NCBI GenBank assembly: GCA_964596115.1
Contig: CAZQRW010000002.1
Coordinates: 15,480-79,479, forward strand
Reading direction: 5' to 3'
Source of the DNA: an uncultured bacterium
GTDB lineage: Bacteria; Hydrothermota; UBA3072; B12-G15
Length of the DNA stretch: 64,000 nt
A program made the position numbers and the translations under genes. The notes beneath the pieces are model-generated. The model was not told the origin of the DNA. It saw only the letters and a program-made list of their open reading frames with translations, and did not search any database. Shown here piece after piece: positions 8,839 through 18,602 of the stretch (position 1 is its first letter; every line of letters starts with the position of its first letter).

Positions 8839-9759
8839 CTACTTCATTAGCATTACCATCAATGCCTTCTGTGCATGGAGTCTGTTTTCTGCTTCATCAA
8901 GAACAATGGAATGGGGCCCATCAAGGACTTCACTTGTTATTTCTTCACCTCTATGTGCAGGAAGACAATGCATAACTACTGCATCTTTTTTTGCTACTTC
9001 AAGAAGTCGAGTGTTAACCTGAAACCTCTGAAAATCCATTTTTCTCTTCTCTGCTTCATCCTCCTGACCCATTGATGCCCATACATCTGTATAAATTATA
9101 TCTGCATCTCTTACAGCCTCCACAGGATCGTTAACAATTTTCACAATTGAGCCTGTCCCCTTTGCAAGATTTTTTGCTTTATTAACAATTTCAGGATTTG
9201 CTTCATATCCATCCGGACATCCAAGTGTAAAATTAGCTCCGAGGATGGCGGAGGCAAGCATAAGGGAGTGGGCAACATTGTTACCATCACCAATAAATGC
9301 AAGCTTCAATCCTTTAAAGTTCCCCTTGTGTTCCTGAATAGTAAGAAAATCGGCAAGTATCTGACAGGGATGTTCAAGATCTGATAAGCCATTTATTACA
9401 GGGACTGATGCATTCTCTGCAAGGTCAGTCACTGTCTTATGGGCAAAGGTTCTCGCCATTATTCCATTCACCCACCTTGAAAGATTTCTTGCAACATCTG
9501 GAACAGCTTCTCTTTTGCCAAGTTTTATATCGGTCGGAGCAAGGTAAATCCCATATCCACCCAGTTGATATATACCTGTTTCAAAAGTCACCCTTGTTCT
9601 CAGGGATGGTTTTTCAAATATCATTGCCAGAACCTTCCCCTTTAGTATATGATATTCCTTACCTCTTTTTACTTTTTCCTTCAACTCCCTTGCAAGTTTA
9701 AAGAGTCTAAGCATCTCGTCCTTTGATAGGTCAGTTATGGAAACAAGATCTTTTTTCAC
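8839..9759 (-). CDS. argF: Ornithine carbamoyltransferase
   Basis: Carbamoyl-phosphate-binding 'SLRTRVTFE' (STRTR motif). Ornithine-binding 'HCLPAHRGEE' (HCLP motif). Length is 306 aa. Confidence 0.9.
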   Translation of the reverse strand: MKKDLVSITDLSKDEMLRLFKLARELKEKVKRGKEYHILKGKVLAMIFEKPSLRTRVTFETGIYQLGGYGIYLAPTDIKLGKREAVPDVARNLSRWVNGIMARTFAHKTVTDLAENASVPVINGLSDLEHPCQILADFLTIQEHKGNFKGLKLAFIGDGNNVAHSLMLASAILGANFTLGCPDGYEANPEIVNKAKNLAKGTGSIVKIVNDPVEAVRDADIIYTDVWASMGQEDEAEKRKMDFQRFQVNTRLLEVAKKDAVVMHCLPAHRGEEITSEVLDGPHSIVLDEAENRLHAQKALMVMLMK

Positions 9760-9777
9760 ATTGCCTCCTCTTTTTCT

Positions 9778-10281
9778 TTAGAGTTCTTTCCTTTCCTTCA
9801 TCTTTTCATATTCCATCTGGAATCTAAAAAATTCCTTTCCCGAAAGATAATCAACAATAAGAATACCATTTAAATGATCTATCTCATGTTGCGCAACACG
9901 GGCAATAAGCCCTTTTAGTTCATATTCAATTTCTTTTCCATTGGTATTAAAACCCTTTAAATACAATCTTGTCGCCCTCTGTATTTCCACACCTATTCCA
10001 GGAACACTAAGGCAACCTTCTTCCATCTCATCTTCACCATCCGCTTCTATTATCATAGGGTTGACCATAATAATAGGTTTTTCATCTGGAAGTTTGGCTA
10101 CAAACATTTTTAGCAAGTAACCAATTTGGTTCGCTGCAAGTCCTATACCATCAGCTTCTTCCATCACCCTGAGCATCTTTTTGCTTACCTTCTCCAGCTC
10201 TTTCCCAAATTCTGTTACCTCTGGCACCTTTTCCTTCAACATTGCATCGGGAAACTTTCTGATTTCTTTATGCTCACTCAT
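9778..10281 (-). CDS. def: Peptide deformylase
   Basis: All three PDF motifs are present: 'GIGLAANQIG', 'EGCLSVPG' and 'QHEIDHLNG'. Confidence 0.9.
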   Translation of the reverse strand: MSEHKEIRKFPDAMLKEKVPEVTEFGKELEKVSKKMLRVMEEADGIGLAANQIGYLLKMFVAKLPDEKPIIMVNPMIIEADGEDEMEEGCLSVPGIGVEIQRATRLYLKGFNTNGKEIEYELKGLIARVAQHEIDHLNGILIVDYLSGKEFFRFQMEYEKMKERKEL

Positions 10282-11992
10282 CCTTCACCACCTTTATATG
10301 TAATTCTTTCAATTCATTTTCTCCAACTTCGGACGGAGAGCCCTCCATTAGTCCCATTCCAAGATATGTCTTTGGAAATGCAATTACATCTCTTATTGTT
10401 TTACTGCCTGCCATTATCATACATAATCTATCCATTCCCATGGCAATGCCTCCATGTGGGGGGGCACCATACGATAAGGCCTCAAGGAGAAAGCCGAACT
10501 TGTTTTCTATCTCTTCATTGCTCATTCCTAAAACCTTAAATAATTTTTTCTGAAGTTCGGGATTATGATTTCTTATACTTCCACTGGCGAGTTCAACACC
10601 ATTTAAGACAAGGTCGTATTGTCTCCCTATAACTTTAAGGGGATCTTTATCAAGATATTCCATATCCTCCTCCTTTGGCTGTGTAAATATATGATGACAG
10701 GGTTCTATGTGTTTTTCATCTTCATTATACAAAAATAGCGGAAAATCAGTTACCCAAAGAAATTTAAACCCTCCTTCTACAACATTAAGTAAATACCCCA
10801 ATTTTTTTCGTAGAACTCCAAGAGACTCCAGTACTATTTTCTTCCCGCCAGAGATTAAAAAAAGCGTTTCACCATTCTGAACTTTAAATGGTGAAAGGTC
10901 ATCAAAGTGTTTTATGAATGGACCTTTATACCTCCCATCATTTATCAGATAAAGAAGACCCCCTGCCCCCCCTTTTTTAGCAATTGCTTCAAGTTCGTCT
11001 ATCTGCTTTCTGGAAAAAAATCCCTTAACCTTTATCCCTCTTGTTTCTGGATTCTCAATCATTATTTTGAATTTGCCTGACTTTGCGACTTTAGTATAAT
11101 CCTTTATCTCAAGTGGGTTTCTAAGATCTGGTTTATCAGAGCCAAATCTCTCCATAGCTTCCTCATAAGTCATCCTGGGAAATGGGAGCCTGATAGCTAA
11201 TTTTAATACGTTCTTGAAAACTCCAGACATCAATCCTTCCATAAGATCAAACATAGTAGACTCGTCTGTAAAAGACATCTCTATATCGAGCTGGGTATGC
11301 TCAAATTGCCTATCCCCCCTCAAATCTTCATCCCTTAGGCACTTTGCAAACTGGTAATATTTATCAAATCCACTCACCATCAAGATTTGCTTATAGAGCT
11401 GAGGCGACTGAGCAAGGGCATAAAACTTCCCTCTGTGTAATCTTGACGGCACCAAAAAATCCCTGGCTCCTTCTGGAGTAGACTTTGCAAGTATCGGTGT
11501 TTCCACCTCAAGAAAATTTCTCTCCCCAAGGTAATTCCTTATTATGTTAAAAACCTGATGTCTCAATAGGAATTTTTTAAGCATCTTTTCTCTTCTTAAA
11601 TCAAGATACCTATACCTGTACCTAAGTTCCTCTCCTGCCTTTAACTCTTCCTCAACCACAAAAGGTGGAACTTTTGATTTATTAAAGATCTTTATGTCCT
11701 GTGCAAGAACCTCAATTTCTCCAGTATCAATTTCCTTATTAACCATATCCTTAGGCCTTTCTCTTACAACACCGTTTACGATTATTACCCATTCAAGCCC
11801 CAGGGTTTTTGCTCTTTTTAAAAGATCTCTTCTCTCATTTGTTATCACTATCTGTGTTTTTCCATATCTATCCCAGAGATCGACAAACACAATCTCTCCG
11901 TGGTCTCTTACCTTCTTTATCCACCCGCCAATAGTTACAGTTTTCCCAAGGTCTTTTCTCCTTAGTTCACCACAATTTGTATCTCTCAACAT
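10274..11992 (-). CDS. aspS: Aspartyl-tRNA synthetase
   Basis: N-terminal anticodon-binding OB fold ('GKTVTIGGWIKKVRDHGEIVFVDLWDRYG'). Class II aaRS motifs are present, including 'GGIAMGMDRLCMIMAG'. Length is 572 aa. Confidence 0.95.
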   Translation of the reverse strand: MLRDTNCGELRRKDLGKTVTIGGWIKKVRDHGEIVFVDLWDRYGKTQIVITNERRDLLKRAKTLGLEWVIIVNGVVRERPKDMVNKEIDTGEIEVLAQDIKIFNKSKVPPFVVEEELKAGEELRYRYRYLDLRREKMLKKFLLRHQVFNIIRNYLGERNFLEVETPILAKSTPEGARDFLVPSRLHRGKFYALAQSPQLYKQILMVSGFDKYYQFAKCLRDEDLRGDRQFEHTQLDIEMSFTDESTMFDLMEGLMSGVFKNVLKLAIRLPFPRMTYEEAMERFGSDKPDLRNPLEIKDYTKVAKSGKFKIMIENPETRGIKVKGFFSRKQIDELEAIAKKGGAGGLLYLINDGRYKGPFIKHFDDLSPFKVQNGETLFLISGGKKIVLESLGVLRKKLGYLLNVVEGGFKFLWVTDFPLFLYNEDEKHIEPCHHIFTQPKEEDMEYLDKDPLKVIGRQYDLVLNGVELASGSIRNHNPELQKKLFKVLGMSNEEIENKFGFLLEALSYGAPPHGGIAMGMDRLCMIMAGSKTIRDVIAFPKTYLGMGLMEGSPSEVGENELKELHIKVVKDE

Positions 11993-13233
11993 TCTGAAAT
12001 CCTCCTTGCTATCTCTCTTTCGTTAAGAATCACATCCTCCTCACTTCCAGTTTTCATATTTTTCAAGCGAACTTTTTTGGCTCTTAATTCATCTTCTCCT
12101 ATAATTATTACATATTTAGCTCCACTCTTGTTTGCAGACCTCATCTGTGCCTTTATGCTCCTCCCTGTAAAATCTTTCTCACCACTAAACCCTATATTCC
12201 TCAACTGCTGTAGAATAGAGAAACCTATTTTTTCTGTTTCCTCACCTATTGTGACCACAAAAAAATCTATGCCATTAGAAACTACATCCTTCTCCCTCAT
12301 TGCAAGAACAACCCTGTCGAGACCTATGGCAAATCCTGCAGCTGGTGTATCCCTTCCACCCATGATTTTTACCAGGTCATCATATCTCCCCCCACCACCA
12401 ACTGCATTTTGTGCACCAAGAGAGCTAACAACATATTCAAAAACAGTTTTTGTGTAGTAGTCAAGTCCTCTTACAAGATTGTGATTCATTATTATTTTCA
12501 CACCTTGTTTTTTTAAAATACTAACAACGGCATCAAAATGATCCTTACATTCCTTACAAAGAAAATCATAAATATGAGGCGCATCCTTTAACTTCGGCCT
12601 ATCGACCTTACAATCAAGAATTCTAAGTGGGTTCGTTTTGAACTTCCTTTTGCAATCATCACAGAGTTCTGGCAACTTTTTTAATAAATATTCTCTCAAA
12701 TGTTTTTTATAGTTGGGTCTGCACCTGGAGCACCCAATCGAATTTATGTGGACCTCAACATTGGAAAGACCAATCTGACGGAAAAAATCCATTCCCAAAA
12801 GAATTATTTCTACATCCAGATAGGGTGACTTACTACCAAGTGCCTCCACACCGAATTGAGAAAACTCCCTCCATCTACCTTTTTGAGGTCTCTCCTGTCT
12901 AAACATCCTCTCAATATAAAACAACTTATGGAAGGGTGCCTTGCTGGACAATCCATGCTCCAGATAAGCCCTTACGACTGAAGGGGTACCCTCAGGTTTA
13001 AGTGCAAGATTCCTTCCTCCTTTATCTTTAAAGGTATACATTTCCTTCTGAACAATATCTGTATCCTTACCGGTGGATTTGCTAAAAAGTTCTGCCCTTT
13101 CAAACGTAGGAACCCTGATTTCCTTATAGTTATACCTTCTGCATACCTCTCTAATTTTCTTTTCTATGTCTACCCATTTTTTTGTTTCTTCAGGAAGTAT
13201 ATCCCTGGTACCCTTTATAGATTCAAAAGCCAT
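11986..13233 (-). CDS. hisS: Histidyl-tRNA synthetase
   Basis: 'IKGTRDILPEE' at the N-terminus. Class II motifs are present. 'GGGRYDDL' histidine-binding motif. C-terminal anticodon-binding domain. Confidence 0.95.
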   Translation of the reverse strand: MAFESIKGTRDILPEETKKWVDIEKKIREVCRRYNYKEIRVPTFERAELFSKSTGKDTDIVQKEMYTFKDKGGRNLALKPEGTPSVVRAYLEHGLSSKAPFHKLFYIERMFRQERPQKGRWREFSQFGVEALGSKSPYLDVEIILLGMDFFRQIGLSNVEVHINSIGCSRCRPNYKKHLREYLLKKLPELCDDCKRKFKTNPLRILDCKVDRPKLKDAPHIYDFLCKECKDHFDAVVSILKKQGVKIIMNHNLVRGLDYYTKTVFEYVVSSLGAQNAVGGGGRYDDLVKIMGGRDTPAAGFAIGLDRVVLAMREKDVVSNGIDFFVVTIGEETEKIGFSILQQLRNIGFSGEKDFTGRSIKAQMRSANKSGAKYVIIIGEDELRAKKVRLKNMKTGSEEDVILNEREIARRISEC

Positions 13234-13535
13234 ATTACACTCCCCCCTCCTAATAAATCTACGGTAAAATCAATGATAGAAGGATTTCTCATAGGAATAA
13301 AATATTGATGTATCTCATCAATTGCGCTAATTACAACAATAAGTATCAAAGTTATGTATTTCTTTTGTTTAAATCCATAGATGAAGAATAAAGAAAGCGT
13401 CATATATAAAAAGAGATGCGCAAGAACGTCACTTCCATTAAACATTGGTGGTGTCGACTTACCCGGGAGTGAGGTCAAAGAAAAAAGGAGAAATAACCAC
13501 AGAAAAAAAGGCAACCTCTCTTTTAATTTATTCAT
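13215..13535 (-). CDS. VanZ-like small membrane protein
   Basis: Three hydrophobic segments. 'AIDEIHQYFIPMRNPSIIDFTVDLLGG' resembles the VanZ-family signature (DE.hQ.F.PgR.…D…D..G). It overlaps hisS and the upstream gene, consistent with an operon. Confidence 0.45.
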   Translation of the reverse strand: MNKLKERLPFFLWLFLLFSLTSLPGKSTPPMFNGSDVLAHLFLYMTLSLFFIYGFKQKKYITLILIVVISAIDEIHQYFIPMRNPSIIDFTVDLLGGGSVIWLLNL

Positions 13536-13947
13536 TTAGTTCTTCCTCTTCTCCCCTAATAAGGACAATAGCATCTTCCTCTGTTTTACAATTGAGAAGG
13601 TCTTTTCTAAGTGTAGAAACATTGAGAATCTTAAACAAATGCGTAAGATACTCTGCATAGGTTTCGTCATTATCAGGAAGAACAACAAAAATTACTATCC
13701 GAACAGGTTCTCCGTCATATGATTCAAGATTAGCTGGTTCTGGTGATATACCAATATACATCTCTGGTTCATCTATATTCGCTCTCTTTCTTATCAAATA
13801 TACACCCTTCCCAATGGAAGAAGGGAACTTACTTTCCCTCTCAATAATATCCTTATAAAGGGAAGAAAAACTTGAATGTTCAAGTATTTCTTTTATTGGA
13901 TTGTCAGTTTTAAAGGTAAAACAATCTTTTATTGAATCCCAAATCAT
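13528..13947 (-). CDS. PTS EIIA type-2 (PtsN-like) domain protein lacking the phosphorylatable histidine
   Basis: The sequence resembles the EIIA-2 fold ('…SSIGKGVYLIRKR…PVRIVIFVVLP…HLFKIL…'). The position equivalent to the catalytic His in 'G.GIAIPHG' is Arg/Leu here. Confidence 0.45.
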   Translation of the reverse strand: MIWDSIKDCFTFKTDNPIKEILEHSSFSSLYKDIIERESKFPSSIGKGVYLIRKRANIDEPEMYIGISPEPANLESYDGEPVRIVIFVVLPDNDETYAEYLTHLFKILNVSTLRKDLLNCKTEEDAIVLIRGEEEELNE

Positions 13948-15251
13948 AGTATATACCTTGTAAGATCCTCATTTTTTATTATGGATGATATTTTTTCCTC
14001 AACGTATTTACCATCTATAACTATATTCTTATTTTTTACATCCGGGATCTTAAATAGAAGATCGTCAAGGACAGCGGTAAGAACTGTTGATAATCTTCTT
14101 GCACCTATATCTTCACTTATCCTGTTTGCCTCCGCACTAAAGTGTGCAATACTTTTTATTGCATCGGGAGTAAACTTTAGATCTATTCCCTCTGTCTCAA
14201 ATAATGCTTGATACTGTTTAACCAATGCATTCTCTGGCTCAACGAGTATCCTCTCAAAATCTTTCTCTGTTAGAGAAGACAATTCGACCCTTATGGGAAA
14301 CCTGCCCTGCAATTCAGGGATCAGGTCTGATGGCTTGTGAACATTAAATGCACCTGCAGCAATAAATAAAATATGGTGGCTTTTCACAATGCCGTATTTT
14401 GTCATAATGTCTGTTCCCTCTACAATAGGAAGTAAATCCCTCTGGACACCCATTCTTGAGACATCGGGCCCTGATTTTGCTTCTCCACCAGCGACTTTAT
14501 CTATCTCATCAATAAATATAATCCCATTATTTTCCACTTTTTTCTTTGCCTCTTCCACCACCTCGTCCATATCTATTAATTTATTAGCTTCTTCATTCTT
14601 GAATATTTCAAGGGCCTCTTTTACACTTACATACTTCTTTTTCTTCGACCCTGAAAAGAGGTTGGATAAGGTATCCTGAAGAGACATCTGAATTTCTTCT
14701 AAGCCAGCCCCTCCCAATACCTCAACCATTGGCATCGGTTTTTTTTCTATTTGAAGTTCAACCTTCATATTGTCAAGTTTATTCTCTTTAAGCATTTTTC
14801 TTACACCCTCTCTCCCTTCCGAATATCCTTCCTTTCTCATAATCAGATCAATAACCTTATCCTCTGCAAGTATTTCCGCCTTCTTCTCTATTTCTTTCAT
14901 CTTTACTGCTTTAACCATTCCAACGGCAGAATTCATCAGATCCCTTACCATTGACTCTACATCCCTACCCACATATCCAACTTCTGTATACCGCGTAGCC
15001 TCAACCTTAACAAATGGAGCATCTTCAATTCTTGCAAGTCGCCTTGCGATTTCAGTTTTGCCTACACCCGTTGGTCCAATCATTATAATATTATTTGGAT
15101 AAATCTCTTCTTTAATAGGACCTTTGACCTTCTGTCTCCTCCATCTATTCCTCAATGCAATGGCCACTGCCCTCTTTGCATCATCCTGACCCACTATATA
15201 CTTATTGAGCTCTCTTACTATATCACCTGGCTTTAATATTCTCTCTTCCAT
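13944..15251 (-). CDS. hslU: ATP-dependent protease ATPase subunit HslU
   Basis: Walker A 'IMIGPTGVGKTEIARRLA'. HslU-specific I-domain insertion. C-terminal sensor region. It lies immediately downstream of hslV. Confidence 0.95.
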   Translation of the reverse strand: MEERILKPGDIVRELNKYIVGQDDAKRAVAIALRNRWRRQKVKGPIKEEIYPNNIIMIGPTGVGKTEIARRLARIEDAPFVKVEATRYTEVGYVGRDVESMVRDLMNSAVGMVKAVKMKEIEKKAEILAEDKVIDLIMRKEGYSEGREGVRKMLKENKLDNMKVELQIEKKPMPMVEVLGGAGLEEIQMSLQDTLSNLFSGSKKKKYVSVKEALEIFKNEEANKLIDMDEVVEEAKKKVENNGIIFIDEIDKVAGGEAKSGPDVSRMGVQRDLLPIVEGTDIMTKYGIVKSHHILFIAAGAFNVHKPSDLIPELQGRFPIRVELSSLTEKDFERILVEPENALVKQYQALFETEGIDLKFTPDAIKSIAHFSAEANRISEDIGARRLSTVLTAVLDDLLFKIPDVKNKNIVIDGKYVEEKISSIIKNEDLTRYIL

Positions 15252-15856
15252 TATAACTCCTCTATCTCTATTTCATTGTTTGTGAATATACATATCTCTG
15301 AGGCAATTTTTAAACTTTTCTCCACAATTTCTCTGGCGGAAAGCTTGGATACCTGAAGGAAGGCCCTTGCCGCTGCAAGTGCATATGGACCACCAGAGCC
15401 AAGAGCAATGATATCATCATCAGGTTGAACAACGTCCCCGTTCCCAGAAACAAGAAAACTTAAATCCCTATTCATTATACCCAATATTGCCTCAAGTCTT
15501 CTTAAATATTTATCCATTCTCCACTCTTTCGCAAGTTCTACAACTGCCTTTGTGAGATTTCCGGGAAATGTGTTCAATTTTTGTTCAAATCTTTCTAATA
15601 GTGCAAGCCCATCTGCAGCGCTACCAGCAAATCCGACAAGTATCTCTCCATTATGAAGTTTCCTTATCTTTTTTGCACCTTTCTTCATAATTGTATTTTG
15701 AAAGGTTACCTGACCATCACCACCCATTGCAACTTTTCCATCCTTTCTTACACCAATTATTGTAGTGCTCTTAAATATACTCCTCAAATCCTTTTTCAAT
15801 TCCACACCTCCTGAATATTTCATTGGCGAGTTCCCTATACTCCTCCTCTTCTTCAT
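15251..15856 (-). CDS. hslV: ATP-dependent protease subunit HslV; the true start is probably internal (TTG at 15797-15799, preceded by AGGAGG)
   Basis: 'STTIIGVRKDGKVAMGGDGQVT' contains the catalytic N-terminal Thr context. The longest ORF begins at 15856 and overlaps the upstream gene by 85 nt. An AGGAGG Shine-Dalgarno lies 7 nt ahead of a TTG at 15797-15799, which would give a short propeptide ahead of the TT. Confidence 0.9.
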   Translation of the reverse strand: MKKRRSIGNSPMKYSGGVELKKDLRSIFKSTTIIGVRKDGKVAMGGDGQVTFQNTIMKKGAKKIRKLHNGEILVGFAGSAADGLALLERFEQKLNTFPGNLTKAVVELAKEWRMDKYLRRLEAILGIMNRDLSFLVSGNGDVVQPDDDIIALGSGGPYALAAARAFLQVSKLSAREIVEKSLKIASEICIFTNNEIEIEEL

Positions 15857-18602
15857 AAAAGGTAGAAAGAAAAGAAAGAATATTATAATCTTTTGCTATT
15901 TCCCATAGTGTGCCATAAATCTTATGGGCGTTTATTGCCTTCTCCCCATATTTCTTTGCCAAAAGGGAATCCCCCAATCTATCTTTTACTATTGCTAACA
16001 ACCTATATACCTCGCCCCTTTTCTCATTTGTTACTTCATTCTCCAGTCTTTTAAGTAATCTATCTGCATCCTTATACATTTTACCCCTTATAAGCAATTC
16101 TGCTTCACCAATTCCCAACTCGTATTTCACATCCTTATATCCATATTTCTCAACAATCTTTCTTGCTCTATTGAAATACACAGAAGCCTTTTTATTGTTG
16201 CCCTTTTTTGTCTCCATTCTACCAAGAAGTACATATGTACTTGACAAATTCGGCAAGATATGGGCCTTCCGCAAATTTTCCAGTGCTTTATCCAGATAAC
16301 TCTTAATATTTTTTGTATCACCTATTTCAAATAACAAATCTGCTATAAAGTAATTGATTGAGCCAATAAGAGAACTATTTCCAATCTTCTCGGCAACACC
16401 GAGTGCATATTCATAATGTTTTAACGCCTCTTTCAATATTGATTCCTTTTCATAAATTAAGCCAATATTCATATATAATGATGGTATGGAATCAGTATCT
16501 GCAAGTTCTATAAATCCTTTTAAGGCCTTACCGTAATATTTTCTTGCTTCATCAAGGTCACCCCTTGAATAATATATCGCTCCCATTCTATTTTGAAAGA
16601 TTGATGTCCAATAATTATCATTTAACTTATATGCTATTGATATCCCATTCCTGTAATAATTCAACGCACTTTGAAATTTTTTCTCACTATACTCCAGAGC
16701 ACCGAGGGCTGCAAAGGCTCTCATTTGATCTTCCATCTTTTTTGACAACCTTAATGATTCCTGTGCGTACTCTCGTGCCCTTTTAAAATCTCCAACAGCA
16801 AGAAGGACCTCGGCTATGATAGGAAGTGCATCTTCTCGTATTGATTCCAGCGTATTAAATGCATCCTCCATATTACCCATCTTTGCATATAATATACCTA
16901 TCTTTTTTACTATCTCCACATCCTTTTTGTTTTCCAATGCTTTATTGAACATTTCCAACGCATTACGGAATTCACCTTTTTTATAAAAAATATCCCCCCA
17001 TCTTTCATAAAATGTTTTTCTGTTAAACCATTCTTCATTAATCCATTTCTTAAGCCTCCCAAGAACTTCCTCTGCATCTATAAGAAGACCCTTATCCAAT
17101 AAAGTTCTTACAAGTAAAAGAGACTGTTCTGTTTCATTTACAAAATCTCCTGCCATTCCAAATTGATACGCAGAAGGCCCAGGATAACCCTTCCTGGAAA
17201 GAATCATCCCTGCTTTTCTATGTAACTCTTTTCTTTTACTTCCTATTCCCTGGTATAACTTCTTTCTCAGTTCTTCCGTTGATATTATAAAATTTTCAGA
17301 TGGTTTGAGAAGACCAACGCTTAAGCCAAAGTTTTTCATTTTATATACCTCGTCACGAGAAATTCCCAATATATCTGCAATTAATTCACAATCACCAATG
17401 TCACCAAGAAGTGCCCCAACTTGAAAGATCATCCCCTCTTCCTTTTTGAGTTTCTTATACGTTTTAAACAGATTCCCTTCAATGTCTGTATCAATAATCT
17501 TACCCATCTGAATTTTATTTTTCCCCAGCTTTATAACGTTGTTATTAAGGAAATTATTCAATGTAGACAAAAGTTTGCCAGGTATTCCCCGGGTCTTATC
17601 AAAAAGATATGCAACAAGATTGTCATCTATATCTTGCATCCCAATAAAAGAAGAAATAAAATCCTTTGTTCCATATAGATCAAGTGGTTCAAGATTTATT
17701 TTCAAGAACTGATTCATACCAACATCCTCTTTTCCCGAAAGTATTAGAAAGAATTTTTCTTTACCCATTATAGATGGCAATTTTTCAAGAAATTTTCTTG
17801 TCTCCATTGAACAGGACTCAATATCGTCAATACACCAAAAAACTGGCCTTCCAGATATCGATGGTGAAATACTGTTAAGCACTTTCCATGTTGGATTAAA
17901 TGATTTGTCACCAGTAAGAAATTGAAGGGGCTCATAACCAAAATCTTTCTTGCAATTAAATGATGTCGCATCAAAACCTGCAAGATTTGCATATATCAAA
18001 AGTTCCGAAAGTATCCTTGTCTTGCCAACCCCCTCAACTCCTGTTAGGTATATAAATTTCGGATTTCCTCGGGAAGCCTCCTCTAAGCCAGATTTTAGGA
18101 TGGAAAGAACGTTTTCCCTCCCAACAAATCTTATCCCATAATGATCCTTCCTCTTTGCTTTAAGCAATATATCATCGGCACATTTCAGAAGCTTGGAAAG
18201 ATCATCTCCATCCTCTGGGTATGTTGCAGAACCAATTGTAAAGGATATCCTTACAGGTGGGTCTCCAGCGAATTCTCTGTGAAAAACAATATCGTTAATA
18301 TATCCCTCAAAAGAATCCATTAAAGATTTATCTGTAACAATTATAATAAATTCATCCCCTCCATACCTCACCACTGTACCCCTATTCTGCACCGATTTTT
18401 CAAGAATGTCAGCAACATCCCTTAATACTTCATCTCCACGCATATGTCCATAACTATCATTAATCATTTTAAAAAAGTCAATGTCAAGCAAAAACAGTCT
18501 AAAAGACTTTCGGTCTTCAATTAAATCGTTAACATAAGGCTTAAGAAAACTCCTTGTATATAGCCCGGTCAAATCATCGAGCTTTCTACTTTTGGATTTC
18601 AT
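15771..18602 (-). CDS. Multidomain signalling protein: N-terminal GGDEF diguanylate cyclase, central STAND/AAA_16-type P-loop NTPase, and a C-terminal TPR array
   Basis: The GGDEF domain has an intact 'RYGGDEF' and 'DIDFFKMINDSYGH'. Walker A 'LTGVEGVGKT' and Walker B 'VFWCIDDIE' follow. There are then ~450 aa of TPR-like repeats (…YYSRGDLDEARKYYGKAL…). The gene overlaps guaB at its 5' end and hslV at its 3' end. Confidence 0.8.
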   Translation of the reverse strand: MKSKSRKLDDLTGLYTRSFLKPYVNDLIEDRKSFRLFLLDIDFFKMINDSYGHMRGDEVLRDVADILEKSVQNRGTVVRYGGDEFIIIVTDKSLMDSFEGYINDIVFHREFAGDPPVRISFTIGSATYPEDGDDLSKLLKCADDILLKAKRKDHYGIRFVGRENVLSILKSGLEEASRGNPKFIYLTGVEGVGKTRILSELLIYANLAGFDATSFNCKKDFGYEPLQFLTGDKSFNPTWKVLNSISPSISGRPVFWCIDDIESCSMETRKFLEKLPSIMGKEKFFLILSGKEDVGMNQFLKINLEPLDLYGTKDFISSFIGMQDIDDNLVAYLFDKTRGIPGKLLSTLNNFLNNNVIKLGKNKIQMGKIIDTDIEGNLFKTYKKLKKEEGMIFQVGALLGDIGDCELIADILGISRDEVYKMKNFGLSVGLLKPSENFIISTEELRKKLYQGIGSKRKELHRKAGMILSRKGYPGPSAYQFGMAGDFVNETEQSLLLVRTLLDKGLLIDAEEVLGRLKKWINEEWFNRKTFYERWGDIFYKKGEFRNALEMFNKALENKKDVEIVKKIGILYAKMGNMEDAFNTLESIREDALPIIAEVLLAVGDFKRAREYAQESLRLSKKMEDQMRAFAALGALEYSEKKFQSALNYYRNGISIAYKLNDNYWTSIFQNRMGAIYYSRGDLDEARKYYGKALKGFIELADTDSIPSLYMNIGLIYEKESILKEALKHYEYALGVAEKIGNSSLIGSINYFIADLLFEIGDTKNIKSYLDKALENLRKAHILPNLSSTYVLLGRMETKKGNNKKASVYFNRARKIVEKYGYKDVKYELGIGEAELLIRGKMYKDADRLLKRLENEVTNEKRGEVYRLLAIVKDRLGDSLLAKKYGEKAINAHKIYGTLWEIAKDYNILSFLSTFYEEEEEYRELANEIFRRCGIEKGFEEYI

